From: Candidatus Gastranaerophilales bacterium
GTDB taxonomy: Bacteria > Cyanobacteriota > Vampirovibrionia > Gastranaerophilales > Gastranaerophilaceae
Reading direction: 5' to 3'
Assembly: GCA_944323985.1 (NCBI GenBank)
Contig: CALUUP010000001.1
Span: 37,029 to 101,028 of the forward strand
Length of the DNA: 64,000 nucleotides
Part shown: positions 10,517 through 20,389 of the stretch, piece by piece
How positions within the stretch are numbered: position 1 is the first letter of the stretch
Layout of the letters: every line of letters begins with the position of its first letter
Notes under the pieces: generated by a model
What the model was told of the DNA's origin: nothing
The model's input: only the letters and a program-made list of their open reading frames with translations
Database searches by the model: none
Translations under genes and position numbers: made by a program

Positions 10517-11056
10517 ATGGAATTAAAAGGAAGTAAAACTGAAAAAAATTTAATGGAAGCTTTTGCAGGAGAATCTCAAGCACGGAATAAATACACATAT
10601 TATGCTTCTAAGGCAAAAAAAGATGGGTATGTTCATATAGCTAAGCTTTTTGAAGAAACGGCTAATAATGAAAAAGAGCATGCTAAAATTTGGTTTAAGT
10701 TATTGCATGGAGGTTCTATAGGTTCAACTATAGAAAACTTAGAAGATGCTGCAAATGGTGAAAATTATGAATGGACAGATATGTATGCAACTTTTGCAAA
10801 TGAAGCTAGAGAAGAAGGCTTTGAAGAAATTGCGCTTCTATTTGAAAATGTAGCTAAAATAGAAAAAGACCATGAAGAAAGATATAGAAAGCTTTTAGAA
10901 AATATTAAAAATGATGAAGTATTTAAGAAAAATGAATCTGTGACTTGGGAATGTGGAAATTGTGGTTTTTCATACAAAGGAGAAGCTGCAGTAGAGCTAT
11001 GTCCAGTGTGTAAACATCCTAAAAGTTATTTTATGATAAAAGCTAAAAACTATTAA
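10517..11056 (+). CDS. Rubrerythrin
   Basis: [25 protein letters not shown] and C-terminal CxxC...CPVC rubredoxin-like site. Confidence 0.93.
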   Translation: MELKGSKTEKNLMEAFAGESQARNKYTYYASKAKKDGYVHIAKLFEETANNEKEHAKIWFKLLHGGSIGSTIENLEDAANGENYEWTDMYATFANEAREEGFEEIALLFENVAKIEKDHEERYRKLLENIKNDEVFKKNESVTWECGNCGFSYKGEAAVELCPVCKHPKSYFMIKAKNY

Positions 11057-11057
11057 T

Positions 11058-11083
11058 AAAAAGGAGGCTTAAGCCTCCTTTTT
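11058..11083. terminator. Bidirectional terminator
   Basis: Palindrome aaaaaggaggcttaagcctccttttt between convergent genes. Confidence 0.8.
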
Positions 11084-12280
11084 TAGTGAATTTTCGTATC
11101 TTTTTTTAGTAAAATAATTGGTCATTCCTGCAACGAAAAATCCCATAATTCCAATAGAAAAGATATAAGGAAGTCCGGTAATTAGAACTTTTTGTTTTAC
11201 TAAAGATTTATATTCTTCTTGAACATTGGTTTTTCTTTTTTTAGCAAGCTTTTCTGCAATGTTACCTAAGTCATCAAACTTTGGAACATTTAAATCTTTA
11301 TCAATAGTGTCTTTACATTTACCTATTTTACGAAGGATTTTTTTGAAAGCGTGTTCTACGAATTCACTACCTGTAATTACATATAGTGCAACTAGCGGAA
11401 ATCTTGTTGCCGTTTCTTTTAGGTTTTCTTTTCCTCTATCAGCGGATGCTCCAAAATATCCGGCGCCGCCTACTAGTACACAAGTTGTTAATTGTCCTTT
11501 ACTTAGGCATAATTTCCCATTTTGATTATTAAAATCCATACATAGATATTTGTTTAAGAAATTTTTTGCTTTTTCATTCTTTTTAAATAATTTACTACCA
11601 GGAGCTACAATAAATTCAGAAATATTTTGCAAAAATTTTGAATTTTTTCCTTTTGTAGCAAGTAATGTAGCCAGTCCTATACAACCTGCATATAATCCTG
11701 CCGCCAATTTTATATGATTTTTGGCACTTTTTCTGACTTTTTCTTGATGAGCTTTATCTTCTTTATTATTTTCTAAAGATGCTATATTTTTAAAATCACT
11801 TTTGTTAAATATTTTTAAAGTCATTAAATTTTTGATGTAGTTTAGTGAAAATTCTGTAAGAGGGATTGCCATAGCAGCAAGTGCTATTGCAGCTTTTACG
11901 GGAAGTGTTTTTTTGTTGTTATTTTTAGTGATAGGATTATATTTTGCTTTTTCTATTAAATCAACTCCCTTTGTCGCAACTTCATTTTTTAAGTTGTTTG
12001 ATAAATTTTTAGAAAATATTTTTCTTGCAACTCTTTCTCCTAAAATTGTAGGCACAAAATAAATTAAAGCTTCTTCAGTTGTTTCTAAAAAGGTATTTTC
12101 GGTTAAATCGGCTAAACTTCTTGAAAAAACAACTTTTGGAATAAGACAAGTTGTAGCATCTTGTATGAATCTCGTTGTAGAAAGTCCGGATGCTTGTTCT
12201 TTATGTCTTACGAATTTAGCAGCAGGACGTAGAGATTTTGGTAATGTGTCTATTAATATTTTGTTATTGTTTGACGTCAT
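11069..12280 (-). CDS. Uncharacterised internally duplicated membrane protein (paralog 1 of 3), downstream of a Trp leader
   Basis: 403-aa ORF with RBS AAGGA; several hydrophobic helices; two related halves; similar to 14867-16312 and 37597-38826. Confidence 0.75.
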   Translation of the reverse strand: MTSNNNKILIDTLPKSLRPAAKFVRHKEQASGLSTTRFIQDATTCLIPKVVFSRSLADLTENTFLETTEEALIYFVPTILGERVARKIFSKNLSNNLKNEVATKGVDLIEKAKYNPITKNNNKKTLPVKAAIALAAMAIPLTEFSLNYIKNLMTLKIFNKSDFKNIASLENNKEDKAHQEKVRKSAKNHIKLAAGLYAGCIGLATLLATKGKNSKFLQNISEFIVAPGSKLFKKNEKAKNFLNKYLCMDFNNQNGKLCLSKGQLTTCVLVGGAGYFGASADRGKENLKETATRFPLVALYVITGSEFVEHAFKKILRKIGKCKDTIDKDLNVPKFDDLGNIAEKLAKKRKTNVQEEYKSLVKQKVLITGLPYIFSIGIMGFFVAGMTNYFTKKRYENSLKKEA

Positions 12281-12363
12281 AATTCTTTTCCTTTAAAACT
12301 TGTAAATTTAAAAACTTGCTTTTTCCAGAGCGTTTTTGTTTACAAATTTTAAAATATCCAAAT

Positions 12364-12448
12364 TTTAGAGTAACAAAACCGCTCGGTTTAACTACCCTAA
12401 ATAAAATCTAAAAGAAAGTTGCAAAATATAGGGTAGTTATACTAACCC
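12364..12448 (-). promoter_or_regulatory. Putative attenuator with alternative helices 1:2, 2:3 and 3:4
   Basis: Perfect 11-bp 2:3 pairing taactacccta (12439-12429) with tagggtagtta (12399-12389). Competing 3:4 hairpin tttagggtagttaaacc-gagc-ggttttgttactctaaa. The U-tract is imperfect. Confidence 0.6.
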
Positions 12449-12490
12449 ACGCCACCAATTTCTATTTAGATTTAAGCAAAAATTTTTCAT
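12437..12490 (-). CDS. Putative Trp leader peptide MKNFCLNLNRNWWRGLV
   Basis: Hand translation; tandem TGG TGG; RBS AAGGA 9 nt upstream; promoter and alternative helices flank it. Confidence 0.7.
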   Translation of the reverse strand: MKNFCLNLNRNWWRGLV

Positions 12491-12498
12491 AATTAAAA

Positions 12499-12528
12499 TT
12501 CCTTGTATCGATATATCGATACAAGGAA
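12499..12528. terminator. 30-bp perfect palindrome: udp terminator and/or operator over the Trp-leader transcription start
   Basis: ttccttgtatcgata|tatcgatacaaggaa directly after the udp stop. Confidence 0.55.
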
Positions 12529-12557
12529 AGTATAAATTAATTTATTATAAAAGTCAA
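12529..12557 (-). promoter_or_regulatory. Sigma70-type promoter for the Trp leader
   Basis: TTGACT-N17-TATACT; the -35 overlaps the udp stop codon. Confidence 0.7.
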
Positions 12558-13312
12558 GCCATTAGTAGTTTAATAGCTTCAACAGCAGTTTTTATAGCAG
12601 AGTTTGTATCATGAACTACAGGATTTTCCAAATTTTGTTTTTCTCTTTCTTGGTTTGCGACAACTAAAAAGATTGAACCTACTTGAACTTTTAAATAGCT
12701 CCCAACTATAAATAATGCCGCAGATTCCATTTCAGAAGCTAAACAACCTAATTTTAACCAAGCATTCCATTTGTTTTCAAGTTCATAATTCACAGGCATT
12801 AAACTAGGGCTGTGTTGACCATAAAACGAATCTTTACATTGAACAACTCCAACATGGTAATTTTGATTTAGTTTTTTAGCAGCATTAATTAAAGAAGTTA
12901 CAATTTCATAATCAGCTACGGCAGGGAATTCAATCGGAGCATATTCTTTTGTAGTTCCTTCCATTCTAATAGCACCTGTTGCTATTACTAAATCACCACT
13001 TTTTACGTTTAAATCCATTCCTCCGCAAGTCCCAACTCTTATAAATTTTTTTGCACCAACTTTTACTAATTCTTCTAATGCAATAGCAGCAGAAGGTCCC
13101 CCAATTCCTGTTGAAGTTACACTAACTTTAACTCCGTTTAAATATCCTGTGTAAGTTGTAAATTCTCTTCTGTCTGCAACAAGTTTTGCATCATCAAAAT
13201 ATGCAGCAATTTTTTCACATCTTTTAGGATCACCAGGAAGAATAACATATTCTCCAACATCACCTTCTTTTAGTCCGATATGATATTGTGTTCCATCTGT
13301 TGAATATTTCAT
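12554..13312 (-). CDS. udp: Uridine phosphorylase
   Basis: [45 protein letters not shown]. Start set at the ATG after RBS AAGGAG. Confidence 0.93.
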   Translation of the reverse strand: MKYSTDGTQYHIGLKEGDVGEYVILPGDPKRCEKIAAYFDDAKLVADRREFTTYTGYLNGVKVSVTSTGIGGPSAAIALEELVKVGAKKFIRVGTCGGMDLNVKSGDLVIATGAIRMEGTTKEYAPIEFPAVADYEIVTSLINAAKKLNQNYHVGVVQCKDSFYGQHSPSLMPVNYELENKWNAWLKLGCLASEMESAALFIVGSYLKVQVGSIFLVVANQEREKQNLENPVVHDTNSAIKTAVEAIKLLMA

Positions 13313-13369
13313 ATAAATCTCCTTTGTTGAAAAGTTTATTCTATCAATAATAACTTGTCGTGTCAATAA

Positions 13370-13402
13370 AAAAGAGGTAATGTTTATTTCATTACCTCTT
13401 TT
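13370..13402 (-). terminator. Intrinsic terminator after the transporter gene
   Basis: 13-bp stem aaaagaggtaatg / cattacctctttt. Confidence 0.75.
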
Positions 13403-13422
13403 GAAAATTAGAAGTTTAGGTA

Positions 13423-14748
13423 TTATGTAAGAAATCTAAACCAAATGTAAATGGTACTAATTACAAGTGATATAGAAGTTACAAGTACCCCATATTTTAA
13501 GAAATACATAAATTTAATAGGGTGACCGGTAGAAGCTGCAGTTTCTGAAACAATAACATTAGCAGCTGCACCGATAATAGTCATATTTCCTCCTAAGCAA
13601 GCACCCAAAGATAAGCACCACCAAAGAGGGAAAGTGTAATCTCCGCCCATAACTTTTTGTACTTCTACTAATAATGGTGACATAGTTGCGGTATATGGAA
13701 TATTATCAATAATACCTGATAAAATACCTGAAGCCCATAAAATAATCATTGCAGTTGCTTTTTGTGAGCCGTTAGTTACATTTAATAACCATTCAGACAT
13801 TAATTTAATACCACCGGCATGTTCTAATCCCCCAATAATAATGAACAAACCAATGAAGAAGAAAATAGTGTTCCATTCAACTTCATTGAAAATGTGGTGA
13901 GGCTTTTCAAATAATAATAAGAAAGCCGCACCAGCCATTGCTGTTACACATGTTTGAATATGAGTAATATCGTGTAACATAAAACCTAAAATAACAAGGC
14001 CTAATACAATTCCAGATCTTATCATTAGAGCTTTATCAGTAATTGTATGTGAATTATCTAAATTTGCAACTTTTGCCATTTTATCAGCATCAGCAACAAG
14101 TTGTTTTCTGAAAATAAATGTTAAAATACCAACATTAACAACTAGTATAGCAAAAACAATACCTGTTAATTCTTTTATGAAATCCATAAAAGAAAGTCCT
14201 GCTGCACTTCCAATAATAATATTTGGAGGATCACCAATTAAAGTTGCAGTACCACCGATATTAGAAGCTAAAATTTCTGTAATTAAAAATGGTATTGGAT
14301 TTATATCCAATTCTTTAGCAATAACAAATGTTACAGGCATGATTAAGATAACTGTTGTGACATTATCTAAAAAAGCTGATACAATAGCTGTGAAAAATGC
14401 TAGCGAAATTAATATTAATTTAGGTTGTCCTTTTGTCATTTTTAACATTTCATTAGCTATCCAATTAAACATTCCGCTTTTTGTTGCAATGCTCACAATA
14501 ATCATCATTGATACAAGTAAAAAGATTACATTGAAATCAACGAAATTAATAAAATAACCGTGGTCAAATACACCATTAACTAGTTTATCTTGACCTAATA
14601 AACCTAAAATTAATGTTAAAGCAGCACCAATTAAGGCTACAGTAACTTTAGGTATTTTTTCAGTAGCAATAAAAACGTATGCTACAAGAAGAATAGTAGC
14701 TGATACAGGAATCGCATGCGAATGTATCAAGCTCATTAAACCTTCCAT
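13423..14748 (-). CDS. ArsB/NhaD (P-protein-like, IT superfamily) ion transporter
   Basis: [52 protein letters not shown]; about 11 TM helices. Confidence 0.88.
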   Translation of the reverse strand: MEGLMSLIHSHAIPVSATILLVAYVFIATEKIPKVTVALIGAALTLILGLLGQDKLVNGVFDHGYFINFVDFNVIFLLVSMMIIVSIATKSGMFNWIANEMLKMTKGQPKLILISLAFFTAIVSAFLDNVTTVILIMPVTFVIAKELDINPIPFLITEILASNIGGTATLIGDPPNIIIGSAAGLSFMDFIKELTGIVFAILVVNVGILTFIFRKQLVADADKMAKVANLDNSHTITDKALMIRSGIVLGLVILGFMLHDITHIQTCVTAMAGAAFLLLFEKPHHIFNEVEWNTIFFFIGLFIIIGGLEHAGGIKLMSEWLLNVTNGSQKATAMIILWASGILSGIIDNIPYTATMSPLLVEVQKVMGGDYTFPLWWCLSLGACLGGNMTIIGAAANVIVSETAASTGHPIKFMYFLKYGVLVTSISLVISTIYIWFRFLT

Positions 14749-14866
14749 TTTTCCTCCTTTTATTTCTTATACAATATTAATAAGCTTATGCTTACTATAA
14801 TTTCGACTGATATTTTAATCATATTATAAATAAGGCTTATTTAGGGTAAATAAATGTAACAATTTA

Positions 14867-16312
14867 TTAGTTTGTCTTTTTTTTGTCTTTACTATAATCA
14901 TAAAGACCTGGGAAAGCATCAACTCCGGTAGTTTTTTTCGTTACATAATATTGTATTTTCGGAATAATTGTGGATAGGAAAATAGATGCAACAGCAAATC
15001 CTGCTGCAAAGTTAACACCACTTAAAATTAAGTTTCTTTTTTGAACTTTTTCAATTAATGCTTTATCAATTTTTCCATCTTTAGATTGTTTGCATAGATA
15101 TTCTACATATTTTATCATTTCATCTTTTAAGTTATAAAGGCTCTTATTAGATACATATTTATATTCATCTTTATTAGCATTTTGAGTAAAATCAGAGAAT
15201 ACTTTATCCAAAAGTTTAGGATTATTTATTTCTGCAATATTAAATGCATCAATTAATTGTTGTTTAGTTAACATTAAATCATCCATTCTTTTAGGCTGCA
15301 AATTCGCCATTTCTCTTGCTCTTTCAAGAATCTTAGAATCAGTTATATGTTTTTCTGCTTCTCTTAATTTGATGACTTCAAGAGGTTTTACTTTAAACAA
15401 TTTATCAAATGAGGTTTGCTTAGCTGTTTCAAATTTAATATCCTTAGGCAGTTCAACATTTTTACCTAGTACGGCATTTCTAAACTCTTCTACATTCATC
15501 TTATTATCTTTAATATAATCTAAAAGATGTTTATTTAATGTTTCAGCTGTTGCAGGATTAAGTCTTTTAGCATTTCCGCATTCAGCTAAATTAAGCAGAT
15601 TTCTAACATGTCCTTGTGCCCACATGTAGAAATAAATAGAGCCTATATCTCTGATTGCAATTTCTCTTCTTTCTTCTTTAGTACGAGCATTATACATTCT
15701 ACCACCGGCAATACCGGCATCACTAGATAATAATTTACCAGTGTTTGTATTTTCAATTGCATTTGTGAAAATATTTATTGCATTGATACCAGCTCCTTTA
15801 AAAGAAGGATTATGTTGAGCTTGGAGTTTTTCTAATTCATCTCGTCTTCCTTTAAGTCTTTTAGTAAGACCTTGGTTCAATTTAGGGACAACAAAACCAA
15901 TGAAAAGGTTGGTAATAATGACACTTGTAAGTACTTTTGCACCTTTTATAAGAGCTACTTGTTTAGCACTAAACCCTTTAGGTGCAATATTTTTCATAAA
16001 GTTTTCAAAAGGAGTTCTTAAAACTTTATCTGTTCCAACATCAAAATTCTTAGTAGTTTTTAGAATTTTATTAACTAGTTTATCCCCAAGAGCATTCATT
16101 GCACCGACTCCGCAAAGCCAAACAATTGATCCTGATGATTCTTCAATAAAACGTTCTCTTGCTTCATCAATACCGCCACGATGGAAAGCTTGGTAAGTTC
16201 TTCCTGCAACAACCGTAGCTTCTAAAGCTGCAATCGGTGCCATAGCATCTGCTTTAGTCATTGATGTTATTACTTTTGATAAAGTTACTTTATTACCTGA
16301 AATTGGATTCAA
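14867..16312 (-). CDS. Uncharacterised internally duplicated membrane protein (paralog 2 of 3)
   Basis: Same two-half architecture and C-terminal P.I.....KK.TG.DA.PG as 37597-38826. TTG start at 16312 follows RBS AAAGG; the ORF track starts at 16354. Confidence 0.72.
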   Translation of the reverse strand: MNPISGNKVTLSKVITSMTKADAMAPIAALEATVVAGRTYQAFHRGGIDEARERFIEESSGSIVWLCGVGAMNALGDKLVNKILKTTKNFDVGTDKVLRTPFENFMKNIAPKGFSAKQVALIKGAKVLTSVIITNLFIGFVVPKLNQGLTKRLKGRRDELEKLQAQHNPSFKGAGINAINIFTNAIENTNTGKLLSSDAGIAGGRMYNARTKEERREIAIRDIGSIYFYMWAQGHVRNLLNLAECGNAKRLNPATAETLNKHLLDYIKDNKMNVEEFRNAVLGKNVELPKDIKFETAKQTSFDKLFKVKPLEVIKLREAEKHITDSKILERAREMANLQPKRMDDLMLTKQQLIDAFNIAEINNPKLLDKVFSDFTQNANKDEYKYVSNKSLYNLKDEMIKYVEYLCKQSKDGKIDKALIEKVQKRNLILSGVNFAAGFAVASIFLSTIIPKIQYYVTKKTTGVDAFPGLYDYSKDKKKTN

Positions 16313-16508
16313 AATAAAACCTTTCTCTTTTACAGGAAGTTTAAAATTTGTCAAACTTATTTTTTGTTAATTTTAAAAAAAAATGTTACAAAAGTAAAAA
16401 AAACTTTACAAAATTTTAAAAATGGAAATCTCTACTTGTAATTAGATTATGTTTTATTTATGATTGTTTTAAATGTATACGTAGTCAAAATATAAAGGGA
16501 ATAGCAAA

Positions 16509-16862
16509 ATGAATCCTATTATTAAAAATTTAGAAGCAGAATATACAACAAGAGAATTACCAGAAATGAATCCTGGTGATACTGTAAGAGTTTCTGTAAA
16601 AATCGTTGAAGGTAACAAAGAAAGATTACAAGCTTACGAAGGTACTATTATTGCTGAACACGGTTCAGGCATTAATAAGACAATTACTGTAAGAAAAGTA
16701 TTCCAAGGTGTTGGTGTAGAACGTGTATTTTTAGTACACTCTCCTCGTATTGAAAAAATTACAGTTCAAAGACGTGGTGATGTAAAACGTGCTAAATTAT
16801 ATTATTTAAGAGAACGTTCTGGTAAAGCAACTCGTATTAAGGAAAAAATCGAAAAAAGATAA
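16509..16862 (+). CDS. rplS: 50S ribosomal protein L19
   Basis: [45 protein letters not shown]. Confidence 0.97.
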   Translation: MNPIIKNLEAEYTTRELPEMNPGDTVRVSVKIVEGNKERLQAYEGTIIAEHGSGINKTITVRKVFQGVGVERVFLVHSPRIEKITVQRRGDVKRAKLYYLRERSGKATRIKEKIEKR

Positions 16863-16875
16863 GGGGTAATTAAGC

Positions 16876-17724
16876 TTGCATATTCACTGGTACCCTGGGC
16901 ATATTGCCAAAGCTGAACGTCAGCTTAAAGATAAGTTAAATTTGGTTGATGTAATAATTGAGGTACGTGATAGCAGGTTACCTTTGAGTAGTAGTTATTT
17001 AAACATTAAGAAGCTTTTGGGAGAAAAACCAAGGCTTCTTTTGTTGAATAAGGCTGATTTGGTTGACAAAGATGAATTAAAAGTTTGGGTGAATTACTTA
17101 AAGAAGACTACTCAATGTCCTGTTATTATTACAGAGGCTAAAGGGAATAAAGATTTAGCTCAAGTAATTAGAACTGCTGTGGAATTAAGTGAACCTAAAA
17201 TACAGGCTTTGATGGCAAAAGGTCTTTTAAGACGTCCGGCTAGAGCAATGGTTGTTGGAATGCCAAATGTTGGTAAATCAAGTGTTATAAATAAATTAAC
17301 AAAATCATCAAAAACAAAAATAGGAGCAAAAGCCGGTGTTACTCGTCAACAACAATGGGTAAGGATTAATCCTAAACTTGAATTATTGGATACCCCAGGA
17401 ATTATTCCGACTAAGCAAGATGATCAATTACAAGCTGTAAAATTAGCGTTTGTAAGTTCAGTATCAGAAAATGCATATTCTCCTGAACCTGTTGCAAAAG
17501 CTTTGTTGGATATGCTTTCAAAGATATGTAATGATTATTTGTGTGAGTATTATAAAGTTGAAAATTTAACTTTAGAAGAAATTGCTTTAAAGAGAAATTG
17601 GGTTATTAAATCTGAATCTCCAGATACAGAAAGAACTGCGATATATGTTCTTAAGGATTTTAGAGAAGGCAGGTTAGGTAAATTTATATTAGATGAGTTG
17701 CCAATCGATGAAGAAAAGATGTAG
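16876..17724 (+). CDS. ylqF: Ribosome biogenesis GTPase YlqF/RbgA
   Basis: IHWYPGHIAKA, LNKAD, GMPNVGKSS, GVTR, LLDTPG (circularly permuted GTPase). Confidence 0.93.
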   Translation: MHIHWYPGHIAKAERQLKDKLNLVDVIIEVRDSRLPLSSSYLNIKKLLGEKPRLLLLNKADLVDKDELKVWVNYLKKTTQCPVIITEAKGNKDLAQVIRTAVELSEPKIQALMAKGLLRRPARAMVVGMPNVGKSSVINKLTKSSKTKIGAKAGVTRQQQWVRINPKLELLDTPGIIPTKQDDQLQAVKLAFVSSVSENAYSPEPVAKALLDMLSKICNDYLCEYYKVENLTLEEIALKRNWVIKSESPDTERTAIYVLKDFREGRLGKFILDELPIDEEKM

Positions 17725-18253
17725 TTGGGTTGATGAAAAATCTGAGATTTATGTGAAGTATCATGATGAGGAATGGGGAATTCCAAAGTATGATGATAGA
17801 GATTTGTTTGAACTTCTTGTTTTAGAGTCTTTTCAGGCAGGTTTAGCTTGGATTACTGTTTTAAAAAAACGTGAAGCTTTTAGAGATGCTTTTGATAATT
17901 TTGATGTAATAAAAGTTGCTAATTATAAAGAAGAGAAGATAAATGAATTATTAAATAATGAGAAAATTATAAGAAGTCGTGGAAAAATAAATGCAAGTAT
18001 AAATAATGCTAAGATATTTATTTTAATTCAAAAAGAATTTGGGTCTTTTTCTAATTACATTTGGTCATTTACAAATAAAAAAGTAATTAAAAATATTACA
18101 AATAATATTCCGGTAAGCACAGAGCTTTCGGATATAATATCAAAAGATTTAAAAAAACGTGGTATGAAATATGTAGGAACTGTAATAATATATTCGTATC
18201 TACAAGCAATTGGAGTTGTAGATGACCATGAAATTGATTGTTTTAAATATTAA
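17708..18253 (+). CDS. tag: DNA-3-methyladenine glycosylase I
   Basis: RCSW, YHDEEWG, FELLVLESFQAGLAWITVLKKREAF, AIGVVDDHEIDC. Confidence 0.92.
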   Translation: MKKRCSWVDEKSEIYVKYHDEEWGIPKYDDRDLFELLVLESFQAGLAWITVLKKREAFRDAFDNFDVIKVANYKEEKINELLNNEKIIRSRGKINASINNAKIFILIQKEFGSFSNYIWSFTNKKVIKNITNNIPVSTELSDIISKDLKKRGMKYVGTVIIYSYLQAIGVVDDHEIDCFKY

Positions 18254-19071
18254 TTTAATATTATTAAAACTGCTCCTATTATCATGATTATTGAACCAAT
18301 GATTTTTTCTTTAAAATCTTTTTCTTTAAAAATATTGACTCCAAGAAAAACACTAATTAGTGTTGAAAGTTGAAATAATGCTAGTGCATAAGATACATTC
18401 ATTTTTGAAAATACAAAATTTGTAGAATATTGCATTAATGCTACTAATATAATCAAATATAATTGATATTTATGAGATTTTAATATTGGTTTGTTTTTAG
18501 AAAATATTAAAAATAAAGATGAAAATATAAGTCCAGATATTGTCCAAAGTATAAATGAATTATTGATTCCAGCTATTAATATTATTTTTTTTATAAAAAT
18601 AGCTTCTGTTCCTGAAAAAATAAGTGCTAATATTCTATAAAGAATTGCTTTATTATCAGTTTTACTTTTTTTCCATAATATAAAATAAGTTCCTACAATA
18701 ATTAATAAAATTCCAAATAAAGAATTTATTGAAGGAATTTCATTAAGAAAAAATATTCCAAAAATTAAGCTTACAATAGGTTTATAAGAATTTATCGGAG
18801 CTAAAGCGGATAATTCTCCAATTGATAGAGCTTTTATAATAAAATAATTTCCAAGAGCACCTAGAATTCCCATAAATATAAAATTAATTAACAATTCGAA
18901 TGAGAAATTTATATGAGAAATAAATATAATGCTAATTAATGATAGTCCAAGATATGTATAAAAATTAATAACAGAAGATTTTTGCCCCTTATTAGTTAAT
19001 ATTTTTTGAAAAACATTAAGATAAGAATTAGATAAAATGCGTATTAAAATTCCAATTACAGTAAAAAACAT
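18250..19071 (-). CDS. EamA/DMT family transporter
   Basis: About 10 TM helices in two repeats; ALSIGELS..API motif; EK...KIIG. Confidence 0.8.
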   Translation of the reverse strand: MFFTVIGILIRILSNSYLNVFQKILTNKGQKSSVINFYTYLGLSLISIIFISHINFSFELLINFIFMGILGALGNYFIIKALSIGELSALAPINSYKPIVSLIFGIFFLNEIPSINSLFGILLIIVGTYFILWKKSKTDNKAILYRILALIFSGTEAIFIKKIILIAGINNSFILWTISGLIFSSLFLIFSKNKPILKSHKYQLYLIILVALMQYSTNFVFSKMNVSYALALFQLSTLISVFLGVNIFKEKDFKEKIIGSIIMIIGAVLIILN

Positions 19072-19121
19072 AATTATATTTTACTACAATGTAAAATGAA
19101 TAAAAAAATAAAGTTTTAAGT

Positions 19122-19268
19122 AAAAAAAAACCACCCGGTGTGTGAATCGAGTGGGTTTTGTTTTCTGCATCCTAATGGTCTTTTTTAGTGTTTATTATCT
19201 AGGAGTTTATATGATTTTGGGGTATATTATATTTTTGCTATTTAGTGTTTCGGCTACACTTAAAGTGT
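19122..19268 (-). ncRNA. Candidate ~150-nt small RNA
   Basis: TTGACT-N18-TAATAT promoter (19304-19275) and a GC hairpin plus 9-U terminator (19154-19122); no convincing ORF on this strand. Confidence 0.4.
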
Positions 19269-19327
19269 GTATTTATATTATTGCACATAAGAATTTTAAG
19301 TCAAGGGGGTTTTTTAATATTGTATAA
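19211..19327 (+). CDS. Candidate 38-aa hydrophobic peptide MILGYIIFLLFSVSATLKVCIYIIAHKNFKSRGFFNIV
   Basis: AGGAG RBS at 19201-19205; hydrophobic N-half and basic tail; antisense to the candidate sRNA. Confidence 0.3.
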   Translation: MILGYIIFLLFSVSATLKVCIYIIAHKNFKSRGFFNIV

Positions 19328-19418
19328 ATAAATAATGTGATATGGTTAAAATTTAATTATAAAGCTTGTTTTGGCGGTTTACAATTCTTAATATTTACAA
19401 AATTTTTAATAGGAAAAA

Positions 19419-19455
19419 ATAAAGGGTATTAATAATTGTAATTAATACCCTTTAT
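19419..19455. terminator. Intrinsic terminator downstream of lpxA (possibly bidirectional)
   Basis: 15-bp stem ataaagggtattaat / attaataccctttat. Confidence 0.8.
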
Positions 19456-19475
19456 CAAACATGCTTTGTTAATTT

Positions 19476-20306
19476 TTATTCAAGAGATTGATATCCGCTT
19501 TTATGAGATTTTAATAAAACCCCTCTTTTAGAAGTTTGGATAAAATTAATCATTTTTTCAATATATTCATTCATTGGAATTTCTGCTTTAATTTTTTCTA
19601 TCGCTTGAGATGTATTATATTCTTCTGAAATTAAAAGTTTAAAAGCTTCGTTGGTAGCAGTTCTAATTTCTTGTGAAACACCTCTTCTTTTCATTGCAAT
19701 AACATTTAATCCTCGTGGTACAGGTGGACGTCCTTCTCCTTTTGAATATGGTAAAATATCTTGACGAGAAGCAGAGAATCCGCTAATAATTGCCATATCC
19801 CCTATTCTGATATTTTGATGGAAAACACTCATTCCACCAACAAAAGCACCGAAGCCAACGTGAACATGACCACCTAATGTAACTAAATTAGCTAAAATGA
19901 CTTGATCTTCTAATACGCAATTGTGAGCAATATGAGCTCCAACCATGATTAAACATTTATTACCAATTCTCGTAGTAAAATCACCACAGGCAGCGCCTCT
20001 ATGAATTGTAACATTTTCTTTTATTATTGTTTCATTTCCAATAGCAACTTTAGTTGGTTCTCCTTTATATCCTAAATCTTGAGGTTCAGAACCTATAGTA
20101 GAGAAAGGTGAAATTGTACAATTTTCTCCAATTTCTGCAAATTCAATATATGCATTTGCTATAATTCTTGTACCATTGCCTATTTTTACATTTTCACCAA
20201 TTACAACATTTGGTCCTATGCTAACATTTTCTCCAATTTCTGCTGAAGGATGTATTACGGCAGAAGGATGTATTAAATTTGATTTTTCTAAAACAGTATT
20301 TGTCAT
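19476..20306 (-). CDS. lpxA: Acyl-ACP--UDP-N-acetylglucosamine O-acyltransferase
   Basis: Hexapeptide repeats; IG.EPQDL.YKGE, E.VTIHRG, AHIAHNC, HQ..RIG, GLNVI.MKRRG. Confidence 0.9.
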   Translation of the reverse strand: MTNTVLEKSNLIHPSAVIHPSAEIGENVSIGPNVVIGENVKIGNGTRIIANAYIEFAEIGENCTISPFSTIGSEPQDLGYKGEPTKVAIGNETIIKENVTIHRGAACGDFTTRIGNKCLIMVGAHIAHNCVLEDQVILANLVTLGGHVHVGFGAFVGGMSVFHQNIRIGDMAIISGFSASRQDILPYSKGEGRPPVPRGLNVIAMKRRGVSQEIRTATNEAFKLLISEEYNTSQAIEKIKAEIPMNEYIEKMINFIQTSKRGVLLKSHKSGYQSLE

Positions 20307-20389
20307 TCTCTTTCTCCACTATTAATACTATACTAGTCAAGTATAGTATAAAAAAAGAGATTTTATTAAAATATTAATATAATCTTTAT

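Noticed and set aside
12505-12522. TrpR operator (GTATCGATATATCGATAC)
   Set aside because: It lacks the CTAG half-sites of the known TrpR box, and no trpR lies in the window.
19142-19210. 61-aa version of the ORF at 19142-19327
   Set aside because: The GTG start has no RBS and lies inside the terminator hairpin; only the 38-aa version after AGGAG is retained as a candidate.
19225-19270. PreQ1-like riboswitch (ttcggctacac)
   Set aside because: It lacks the A-rich 3' tail and is on the wrong strand for the EamA gene.
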